Below are positions 31,401 to 38,472 of a stretch of DNA of 64,000 bases, piece after piece (within the stretch, counting starts at the first letter, position 1; each line of letters begins with the position of its first letter). The notes beneath the pieces were generated by a model, which did not search any database, had not been told where the DNA came from, and was given only the letters and a program-made list of their open reading frames with translations. The position numbers and the translations under genes were made by a program. The DNA is taken from the NCBI GenBank assembly GCA_963827235.1, contig CAWHAE010000009.1, positions 1,056,001 through 1,120,000 of the forward strand, given 5' to 3'. The stretch comes from an uncultured bacterium. Lineage in GTDB: Bacteria; Chloroflexota; UBA5177; JANWHV01.

Positions 31401-34135
31401 CCCGCGGAGACACCCTCGCGGTCGAAGGCCACGCCTATCCTCTCGCCGCCTGGGGTCTGCGGAACCTGCCAACGAAAGCGATCGACGGGGGAGCTGACCA
31501 GCGCCTCTTCATCTCGGCCGTGGTGCCGAAACCCGCAGAAGCGCAGCAAGTTGACGGCGAACGACGGGAGCCAGCAACGAAACAAGCTCCAAGCGCAACG
31601 ACGGCCAGTCCACAGGACCGCCTTCGCGCGCTAGCAAACGCCGAAGACGAAATCCACAGGCTATCGTACGCCTTCCAAGTGATGTCCAGCATTTCATCCG
31701 AGCATCGAGTCTACCACCTAGACGTGGCTCGCATGCAGGTGATCGAACTGGACAGTCGGGCAGCAGGAGCGATCGACCGCATGCACCGCATCGCCGAGTG
31801 GGTCTACATCGTAGACGCCCACATCGATGTCGAGCTGTTCGATCGACCAGGGCCCGAGCACTACATTCTGGACTATCGTCCGACGATTGGCGCGACGGGA
31901 CCGCGAGCAGCGCGTCATAACTACGTAATCACCACGAGAGACAACACGCAGATCGTCTCCGTAGTCGAACGCTTCTTGAGCAATCAATACGCTGCCGTCT
32001 TTAGCGGCCAGGACGGGTGCGTAGCGCGCACGGCAGCGGAGCGACTCCTGAAAACCCTCAACCGAGTCTCCGGAAGGTCGATCCTGACAGCTTCTGGGGC
32101 GGTCGACCGCCGTGAAGGGGGTAGTCGGCATCGCGCTTGCCCGAGCCCTTTACCAACGACTGGGACTGTTGCAGCCCGTCCGCACGGGACGCTACGTACA
32201 GGCAGTCCGACTCCTCATCCCCGTAGACGATATTTCGATCTCTGGTGGGCAGATCGAGTCGGACTAGACGGTCAGGGTCGCGACGCCAACAAACAGCACG
32301 CCGATCTCCTCGACGCCGACATCGGAATCGTCGACGGCGTGGCGACCATCAAGTTGCAACTCATCGAGGTGAAGAACCTCTACGGAAGTTATTCGAGTGG
32401 CGGCTTGAGCGAGCCAGCCGAGCAAGTGCGCGCGATGCACCGAACGCTCGAAACCGTACTGTTCGGCCCCGACGGAAGCGGTCGGCGAGACGAGCCAATC
32501 AAGACACACGAGTTCGTTCAGATCCTGGATTTCTACCTACGCCGAAGCTTTATGCAAACCTTGGGTCAAGATTCTGAAGCCCTGAGCGACGCACGACTCT
32601 TCCGCATCGCGCTTCAAGAGGCAGCTGTGACCGGCAACCTGAACGTCGCGCTCGGCTATGGGTCGCCGCAGAGCGACTCGCCATCCGCTGGTGCGATCTT
32701 GCACTTCACGTCCGAGCCAGGCGTCCCGGCGTTTTCGCTCGATCGCAGCGCGTACTTCACGGTAGAGGGATCCCCTCCGGTGCGCTACCTGCACCTGGGC
32801 AGCTCAGACGTGGCGGCGTTGCTCTGCGAAACGAAGGATCTGGCCGAAGACGATCTGCGCGCAGCCATCAACGGCGTCCCGGCAAACGAGCGCGGGAACG
32901 AACCCGAAGGCTCGCCAAACGGCGAAGAACCACAGGCGTCCGGCGGGGCTGCCAAGCCTGTAGCGTCAACGGTAGGATTGTTCGCGGATCGGATTGCTGA
33001 AAGACCGACGAGCACCATCGAACAAACGGACCTCCAAAGCGACCGAACGACGCGGCACGAAGAACAACAATCCGCGAGCACCCACTCCGTCGACACAGCA
33101 GAACGGGCTGCACAAATGCTCGAAGCGATAAAAGAGCGCACTCCCTACGTCGAGCAGGCGACAGCCGCGTTCGCAGGCTTCATCGGCAACGAGGAAGCGA
33201 AACAACTCCTCATACCGATCCTCGTGCAAGGCCTTCGAGAAACAACGAGAGCGCTGTCGATGAGCATCCTATTCGACGGGCCGCCGAGCACGGGCAAGAC
33301 GGAGCTAGCACGGCGCATAGCCGGCGCGTTGAAGCTTCCGTTCCTCCAGACATCTGGAGCAGCGCTCGGCAGCATAGACGAACTCCTAACCTCGATGAGA
33401 AACCAGGCAGAGGCTAAAGGAAGCCGCCTACAAACGACCGGACACGTAGGCGGCAGGCCGGTACACAGGTTCCCGCCGATGTGCGTGTTCATCGACGAGG
33501 CGCACGAACTGAAGAACGTGGTCCAGCAAGCACTGCTGACGTTTCTGGAGCCGAAGGATCGCCGAGGTGGTGGGCCGAAAACGAAATACGTTGCCGACGT
33601 CAGCGAAGTCACGTTCGTCTTCGCCACCACGGACTTCGGCAGCCTGGATCGTGCGCTTCGAACGCGAATGCAAAGGATTACCCTAGCGGCCTACACCCAA
33701 GAAGAGGTCGAGCGCATCGTCATAGGGACGCATCCGAATTGGCCTGCGGCAGTCTACCACCGACTGGTGGTAGCCGGCAGAAGGGTTCCGCGCATCGCGC
33801 TCGAACGAGCGCAAACTCTACAGCGCCACCTGGAAACCTATCCGGATCAGAGCCCGGAGGACGCTTTGGATCGCCTCTTCTCGCTGTGGAAGATGGACAA
33901 GCAAGGAATCTCCGAAGAAGACCGAAACCTGCTCCAAGCCCTAGCGAAAGAAGGCCGTCCGCTGGGCATCAACTACCTCGCCAACCAACTCGGCTCGAGC
34001 GAAGCCGACATTACGGATCTGATAGAACCGTACCTCACAGGCCTTGGATTCGTGGAGCGCACCGGAAGCGGACGCGCGATCACGGCGGCCGGACAGCGGT
34101 ATCTAGCGAAAATGCGGCAGGACAAGCAACCATAG
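28493..34135 (+). CDS. Giant MAD8/DptH-like protein with PD-(D/E)xK nuclease and C-terminal RuvB-like AAA+ motor
   Basis: TGATG overlap. PTHPLRLLW, NRVSGR, ADLL...LIEVK; C-terminal GPPSTGKT, FIDEAHEL, PRIA, EPYL..G..ERTGSGRAIT. A local compensated frameshift lies at ~32087-32230. Confidence 0.75.
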   Translation: MTPLPNIPTTASAALARAAYEYFAGRKDVRTKRLLVHHYPRRILESTAEAFYGLAEKRDGGLFIADKRVTVGLIQPPNETDSLKAFSGWQYGCSPDWPVRARDVGGFLLLLCPPDWYESLHESIRSNSFMAFDQGQSAGAPSAVATAMIAAAGLDEPEENLLKSIVRELLARAQRRRHDVGIVDVLEALERYLGEDAVPSPASLRALGLVPDARLTADLDEREVRRLVRDNLDYQATLSAEMARLPSKYLQERFPTEAERPIAERLRAHVAQFDYDLRVDDLTWRTTWPPDLTLGQLLGKTGTGPLGPRPKATVRALTVDSVARWEDAEVVEANGIDLTWKVAGPEEARSGEVTAFVDGIEIEDATAQLSDQYVQIPNIPPGRHTVELRASDDDELEVLGQTRCEVFVVKDGIVPFSIRGQRAIGDRFEVLPGRDVQLVWRSPADDGIAQWVVKIESISGTTEEVRLSRTTEQYRVDGGITEPTDFELSGVDVDGRRVCGALLQVSPVADDERKAIKAASVAQGLVAAARNLRAKREVWASVRTKPLDIKIEEVSEVGYTIRFVDGDQVVWEQRCNAPNSELLDGMERGFTAKPDRPWLLAAPARWTTQPWPCHPSKQPEIATWEGQLRASAPGLEDYLSARRTLFERMGERSNDQMPPINTLPLADFETEIVAYATAYRRALEALVKDGNAFQSFHALLSLVDTVAFVSNVWRDPYAVAGDRANVVALAVAPTHPLRLLWLLQLELAVRAVVAGGGGGDFNPDSFSGLSGMNYPPYLVDFDRHFYRNVGVSPTYGWALYLPEAQTESDTFFSPVLQKALELRTTGENVAVSAEQIRNALAYYHEAFPFRDVIRFHYIGAGSGERIVEALTGWEDGPRRATGARKAVSRTTAERMRFVVNLLDVYEAERPAGTGRAFEEYASQSSDEDPLLENALFAVQTVERSRFERVDAELPQIPRHHIVFGSDFFATRGDTLAVEGHAYPLAAWGLRNLPTKAIDGGADQRLFISAVVPKPAEAQQVDGERREPATKQAPSATTASPQDRLRALANAEDEIHRLSYAFQVMSSISSEHRVYHLDVARMQVIELDSRAAGAIDRMHRIAEWVYIVDAHIDVELFDRPGPEHYILDYRPTIGATGPRAARHNYVITTRDNTQIVSVVERFLSNQYAAVFSGQDGCVARTAAERLLKTLNRVSGRSILTASGAVDRREGGSRHRACPSPLPTTGTVAARPHGTLRTGSPTPHPRRRYFDLWWADRVGLDGQGRDANKQHADLLDADIGIVDGVATIKLQLIEVKNLYGSYSSGGLSEPAEQVRAMHRTLETVLFGPDGSGRRDEPIKTHEFVQILDFYLRRSFMQTLGQDSEALSDARLFRIALQEAAVTGNLNVALGYGSPQSDSPSAGAILHFTSEPGVPAFSLDRSAYFTVEGSPPVRYLHLGSSDVAALLCETKDLAEDDLRAAINGVPANERGNEPEGSPNGEEPQASGGAAKPVASTVGLFADRIAERPTSTIEQTDLQSDRTTRHEEQQSASTHSVDTAERAAQMLEAIKERTPYVEQATAAFAGFIGNEEAKQLLIPILVQGLRETTRALSMSILFDGPPSTGKTELARRIAGALKLPFLQTSGAALGSIDELLTSMRNQAEAKGSRLQTTGHVGGRPVHRFPPMCVFIDEAHELKNVVQQALLTFLEPKDRRGGGPKTKYVADVSEVTFVFATTDFGSLDRALRTRMQRITLAAYTQEEVERIVIGTHPNWPAAVYHRLVVAGRRVPRIALERAQTLQRHLETYPDQSPEDALDRLFSLWKMDKQGISEEDRNLLQALAKEGRPLGINYLANQLGSSEADITDLIEPYLTGLGFVERTGSGRAITAAGQRYLAKMRQDKQP

Positions 34136-34217
34136 CGGCGAGCAGCAGCGCAAACGGGACGCACTTGCAGAGCCGGCGCGCGCCAACGAACGCACAAGCA
34201 CTCAGTGGAGTCAACAA

Positions 34218-34934
34218 ATGGACCCGCGCCACTCACCTTTAGAACCACTCAACGTTTGCATTTACTGTGGAGGCATTCCTGGCACACACGAGCACGTGCC
34301 CTCTGAGATTTTCCTGGACGAGCCGTACCCAGCCAACTTGATTACTCTTCCAGCGTGCGAGCCCTGCAACAACGGATTCTCCAAGGACGAGCTATACCTG
34401 GCATGCGTGCTCGAATGCGTCATCTGCGGAAGCACAGATCCATCCAAGGTTCGGCGTCCGAAGGTAAGAGAATCACTCGCTAACCAGCCACTGCTCTGCA
34501 AGTGCATCGAAAGATCGAGGATAGACAGCAACGACACTCCCAGATGGAGCGTCCAGCCGAAACGAGTAGCGCGGATCGTCGAAAAGCTAGCACGAGGCCA
34601 CGTAGCCGACGAGCTGTCTTGCACGGAGCTACATACAATACGACAAGATCCTATCAGGCTCAGATTTTCCCCTATTTCTATACTCAAGGATCCTTCCACG
34701 TTTTCGACTGCGACGCGGCATCGTAATCGGCCCACGCTTTGGCCGGAAGTAGGCACGAAAGCGCTAGAGCGTGCTGTAAGCGGGAGAGCCGATCACTTCA
34801 ACGTAGTAAACGAATGGGTGATCGTGCAGGCAGGCAGGTACCGGTACCTAGTAACCAAAACCGACAACCTGCACGTCCTCATGATGCTTAGCGAATACCT
34901 AGCGTGCGAAGTCGTCTGGCATGCAGAACAGTAG
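34218..34934 (+). CDS. HNH endonuclease-like protein
   Basis: CIYCG...EHVP...PACEPCNN zinc/HNH motif. Confidence 0.75.
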   Translation: MDPRHSPLEPLNVCIYCGGIPGTHEHVPSEIFLDEPYPANLITLPACEPCNNGFSKDELYLACVLECVICGSTDPSKVRRPKVRESLANQPLLCKCIERSRIDSNDTPRWSVQPKRVARIVEKLARGHVADELSCTELHTIRQDPIRLRFSPISILKDPSTFSTATRHRNRPTLWPEVGTKALERAVSGRADHFNVVNEWVIVQAGRYRYLVTKTDNLHVLMMLSEYLACEVVWHAEQ

Positions 34935-35032
34935 CAATAAGGGCGGACTAAACCGTTCGCATTGAGGTCTCTGCCACGTATTAGTCGCAACAGAGCGCAA
35001 GCGAGAGATTTGCGCGGTGCCGCGGCAGCGCT

Positions 35033-35086
35033 GCAAGCCGGCGCGTCGCGCCGCCGGCTCGCCAGCCGGTACGCTTGCCCGCAGCC
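35033..35086 (+). repeat. Palindromic ~54-bp element, copy A (left of CRISPR)
   Basis: GCAAGCCG..CGCGCCGCCGGCTCGCCAGCCGG..GCTTGCC; second copy at 36214-36267. Confidence 0.7.
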
Positions 35087-35200
35087 GCGTCCCCGAGCGC
35101 AGTACCAAGCAACTGATCGCCAAACCCGAACGAGTTGCAACGAATACTTAGGCGACCATTCATGCTGCAAGCACTCCTGAAGATGCACCAGAAAAGCAGT

Positions 35201-36090
35201 ATCGTCCCCACGTGCGTGGGGGTGAACCGCCATCGTGGCGCTGACCGAGGCTGCCGAGGCGATTGTCCCCACGTGCGTGGGGGTGAACCGGTGAGCAGGT
35301 TCTGCTGCGCCTGCGTGAGCCCATCGTCCCCACGTGCGTGGGGGTGAACCGTTGCCGCGCCCGGTCATCGGAGAGCTGCACCGATCGTTCCCACGTGCGT
35401 GGGGGTGAACCGCGGCAGGGCCTCACAGCCTGGCAGGCGACGGGATTGTCCCACGTGCGTGGGGGTGAACCGCTGCAGGTGGGGTAATTGACGGCCATGA
35501 TGGCATCGTCCCCACGTGCGTGGGGGTGAACCGGATACGCTCAAGACGGCGATGTACGAGCACGCCATCGTCCCCACGTGCGTGGGGGTGAACCGCTGGG
35601 CGCCAAGCGCCTGCTGCCGGAGAAGCTATCGTCCCCACGTGCGTGGGGGTGAACCGATGCAGACTCAAAATTCCATTTATACACACGCATCGTCCCCACG
35701 TGCGTGGGGGGGGGGGGAACCGATCGACAAGCTCGGTGACGCGGAGGAGAGCGCATCGTCCCCACGTGCGTGGGGGTGAACCGATCGGTGCCGCATACGG
35801 GGCGGTAAATGCGGGATCGTCCCCACGTGCGTGGGGGTGAACCGACGTACGTGCAGGGCATCAACACGGTCACCGGATCGTCCCCACGTGCGTGGGGGTG
35901 AACCAGCAGTACCAGTAGCCCCAGTGCCACAGGAACACATCGTCCCCACGTGCGTGGGGGTGAACCGAGATCGGGATCCTGGGCCGGGATGGGGATGAAA
36001 TCGTCCCCACGTGCGTGGGGGTGAACCGTCGAAGTACCGCTGGAGCATGAGAATCCTTCTGATCATCCCCATTGTGCCTGAGGGTAGCGT
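35201..36090 (+). CRISPR. Type I-E-like CRISPR array: 14 repeats plus a degenerate terminal repeat, 14 spacers; no cas genes in window
   Basis: 29-nt repeat ATCGTCCCCACGTGCGTGGGGGTGAACCG, 32-33-nt spacers, degenerate ATCATCCCCATTGTG... at 36062; leader inferred on the left. Confidence 0.97.
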
Positions 36091-36213
36091 GCCAAACTGT
36101 AGCGGCGAACTTACACAGAAAGTTGAGAAGCCAATCACGGACCGGCATGCTCCCAAAGCAGAGCCCAAGTGCAGGACTCCAAAGTCAGCACGGCCGGGTG
36201 CCACGACTCCACG

Positions 36214-36267
36214 GCAAGCCGACGCTACGCGCCGCCGGCTCGCCCGCCGGAAGCTTGCCGGGAAGCC
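36214..36267 (+). repeat. Palindromic ~54-bp element, copy B (right of CRISPR)
   Basis: GCAAGCCG..CGCGCCGCCGGCTCGCCCGCCGG..GCTTGCC. Confidence 0.7.
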
Positions 36268-36291
36268 CGCCACCCGGCACGACTATTCCCA

Positions 36292-36320
36292 TTGACCTTA
36301 GCGCGGGTACGGACTACGCT
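36292..36320 (+). promoter_or_regulatory. Sigma70-like promoter
   Basis: TTGACC-17 bp-TACGCT. Confidence 0.5.
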
Positions 36321-36326
36321 ACAGGC

Positions 36327-36436
36327 GTGACGTGTGCAAGAGGCATTTGAGCACGGATCTTGGCACCAGCACCCGCGGTGCGGCAGTCAGGTGTTCGCCC
36401 AGACGTGCATGAAGTCCGGCAACCAAGACCCGTCAC
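36327..36436 (+). ncRNA. Candidate structured ncRNA (~110 nt)
   Basis: Nested stems GTGACG/CGTCAC, GGATCTTGG/CCAAGACC, GTGC/GCAC, CACC/GGTG with GCACC/GGTGC, GCC-GAC/GTC-GGC; begins 7 nt after the -10 box. Confidence 0.4.
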
Positions 36437-36446
36437 ATCACCTAAG

Positions 36447-36468
36447 CTTCTACACAAACTTCTACACA
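36447..36468 (+). repeat. Tandem CTTCTACACA x2, possible integrase arm-type sites
   Basis: CTTCTACACA-AA-CTTCTACACA about 130 bp from the tRNA remnant. Confidence 0.45.
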
Positions 36469-36601
36469 GGCGCGGCGTCGCACGCGTTCCAGACCATTTC
36501 CAATCGTCCAGCGAGGCGCTTGCCCGAGCGCGCTACCCCGAGACAGGTTGGACCCAAGGGACGGGGAAGTCCAGCTGGCGAGCGCTCTCTGGCCATGTAC
36601 G

Positions 36602-36649
36602 GGGTCTTTGGAACCGGCATTCCCAGTTTCGAGTCCTGACACGCCAACC
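36602..36649 (+). pseudogene. Degenerate 3' half of tRNA-Gln(TTG), att-like remnant
   Basis: GGT-CTTTGGA-ACC anticodon arm, GCATT variable loop, TTCGAGT T-loop; no D arm or 5' acceptor strand. Confidence 0.6.
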
Positions 36650-37001
36650 CCGACTATCTCAACCTTGAGAGCAAAGCGACAGCACTTTCGCTCGTGCTAT
36701 TCCAGTGGTCGGACGACGTTCATACGGCCCACGAAGAGGCCGAGTGCTGGGCAGGTCTCAGGACTTGTTCTCCCCTTGCGCAACGTGAACTTGCAAGGCG
36801 GAGTTACGGTCTCCACCATGGAACGTCGACACTAGCACGGTCAAGAACGATCGGATGTTGGCGTAGGCTGATGATTAAATCCCGGCAGTATTGCAGCGAT
36901 GATGGTTAAAAACGGTGAGATCGGGGGTTGTGACCTCAAGAGAGGCAAGCGCAGACTGATGGTTACGGAGTGCGCAGAATTATGCCTAAACTGACAAGAT
37001 C

Positions 37002-37217
37002 GCGAGCGCGACCTACTGGATGGCGGTGGCGGACCCGCGGGTGATCGACACGATCGAGGTGGGGTTCGTGGGCGGGCAGATGAACCCGCAGCTGTTCATC
37101 CAGGACCAGCCGCTGTTCGGGAACAACTTCACCAACGACGTGATCACCTACAAGGTGCGGCACGAGTACGGCGGGGCGGTGGTCGACTACCGCGGGTTCT
37201 ACCTGGGGAACAACTGA
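37002..37217 (+). pseudogene. C-terminal fragment of a Mu gpT-like major capsid protein
   Basis: YWMAVADPRVIDTIEVGFVGG...YKVRHEYGGAVVDYRGFY; in-frame TAA at 36987-36989 removes the N-terminus. Confidence 0.8.
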
Positions 37218-37219
37218 CA

Positions 37220-37268
37220 GCCTGCGACTGCGGTCGCATGGCAGCAGATGGGGGACTGCGGTCCAGGG
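37220..37268 (+). repeat. Twin-hairpin intergenic element, copy 1
   Basis: TGCGAC-TGCG-GTCGCA ... GGAC-TGCG-GTCC right after the capsid stop. Confidence 0.85.
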
Positions 37269-37281
37269 AGTGGGGGTGAGG

Positions 37282-37794
37282 ATGCAGGAGCGAGAGCAGG
37301 AGGGGGCGCCGGCCTACTACTCGGCGGAGTACCCGGTGGCGCTCAACCAGCCGCCTGGGGTGCAGCCGAGCGGGTTGCCGAACCAGCCGGACGGCAGCAT
37401 GGATGTGGCGGACGATGCGCCGTACAGCGACGTGGTGGTCTCGGATGCCACGATTGGCGGGCCGCTGCTGGCGCAGAGTCCGCTCTACCAGCCGCCGCAG
37501 CCGCCGATCGACCAGGACGAGCTGCAGGGCATGAGCTTCGCGGGCAGGCTGCAGCCGCCGATCGGCTTTTCGGGAGGGACGTATGCGCTCAATACGGAGT
37601 TTGATGCGGGCTCTCCGACCGAGGTGCCGGACGCGGCGCTGCCTGGTCTGCGGGATGGAGCATACCGGGCTTCCACTCGACTGAAGAAGCAGGCGGACCA
37701 GGGCATCATGGACAACCTGCTGCGGCAGGGGGGCAGCTACTTGGAAGTGAATCAGGCGCCCTGGTGCGGCGACGACCGGCCTGCAGGCCGATGA
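37282..37794 (+). CDS. Phage-module hypothetical protein (Pro/acidic-rich)
   Basis: ORF with the module's codon bias, in operon. Confidence 0.55.
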   Translation: MQEREQEGAPAYYSAEYPVALNQPPGVQPSGLPNQPDGSMDVADDAPYSDVVVSDATIGGPLLAQSPLYQPPQPPIDQDELQGMSFAGRLQPPIGFSGGTYALNTEFDAGSPTEVPDAALPGLRDGAYRASTRLKKQADQGIMDNLLRQGGSYLEVNQAPWCGDDRPAGR

Positions 37795-37810
37795 AAGGAC
37801 AGGGAGGGAG

Positions 37811-38320
37811 ATGAGGGGTAGGGTCTTCTCGGTGCTGGCGGTGGTCATCGCCGTGCTGCTCTTCGTGCCGCGGGCGCTGGGGGCGGCGGGCAATGCGGTC
37901 TACCAGCAGACGTCGCCCAGCGCGGATGGGGAGGCGCAGCACAACGCCAATCGCACGGGACTGCAGGGCATGCAGCCGCCGGGGTTTGCCCATGCGCGGA
38001 GCATCGCGCCGGTGGATGGCGAGGAGCGGCCGAGCTTGAACGGGACGCCGACGATCAGCGACACGTACAACCCGCGCGACCAGGGAACGGACTGGCCGGC
38101 GGATGCCTTCACGGCGCTGGTGGTCGGGCATCAGAGTCCGGAGCCGATCTCGCGGCCGGCGCTGCACAGCTATGCCGGCGACGGGAACATGGAGGCGGCC
38201 AGCGTGTTCCCGCCCTTCAGCCGGCAGGAGGACCGCTTCGACCTGGGCGCCTATACGGGCGCGGTGGGTCCGGCGGGCGGCAGCACGCCCGAGGCGCATC
38301 CCGAGATCACGGCGCCCTGA
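37811..38320 (+). CDS. Phage-module hypothetical protein with N-terminal signal/TM
   Basis: GGAGGGAG RBS, hydrophobic N-terminus. Confidence 0.55.
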   Translation: MRGRVFSVLAVVIAVLLFVPRALGAAGNAVYQQTSPSADGEAQHNANRTGLQGMQPPGFAHARSIAPVDGEERPSLNGTPTISDTYNPRDQGTDWPADAFTALVVGHQSPEPISRPALHSYAGDGNMEAASVFPPFSRQEDRFDLGAYTGAVGPAGGSTPEAHPEITAP

Positions 38321-38404
38321 CCACCGCACCCTGACATACCTTTTGTGCGGCGGTAGTTCTGGGGGCCGCGTTGGGACGGGACGGCGCGGCCCCACCATTG
38401 AGGA

Positions 38405-38453
38405 GCCTGCGGTTGCGATCGCATGGCAGCGCATGGGGGACTGCGGTCCCGGG
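38405..38453 (+). repeat. Twin-hairpin intergenic element, copy 2 (compensatory changes)
   Basis: TGCGGT-TGCG-ATCGCA ... GGGAC-TGCG-GTCCC. Confidence 0.85.
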
Positions 38454-38472
38454 GTGAGGAGGGAGGTGCCGG

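Larger units (their letters stand above)
3999..36649. mobile_element. Defence/DNA-processing genomic island (left boundary undetermined)
   Basis: Dense defence cargo ending at a tRNA 3' remnant; no integrase in window. Confidence 0.5.

Noticed and set aside
24895-34135. Canonical Dnd phosphorothioation or canonical MADS system
   Set aside because: No dndBCDE, no N6-MTase/HsdS and no kinase domain in the window; only the triad resembles them.
35689-35722. CRISPR repeat 9 with a long G run
   Set aside because: Most likely a homopolymer sequencing error.
36028-36042. Last repeat base plus the first 14 nt of spacer 14 (GTCGAAGTACCGCTG) match 59642-59656 in the tape-measure gene
   Set aside because: Only 15 nt match, the remainder diverges and there is no AAG-like PAM; compatible with chance in GC-rich DNA. 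No full self-targeting spacer was seen by eye.
34793-36295. ORFs overlapping the CRISPR array
   Set aside because: They are translations of repeats (FTPTHVGT, HPHARGD).
36560-36649. Functional tRNA gene
   Set aside because: No D arm or 5' acceptor strand, and a mismatched T stem.
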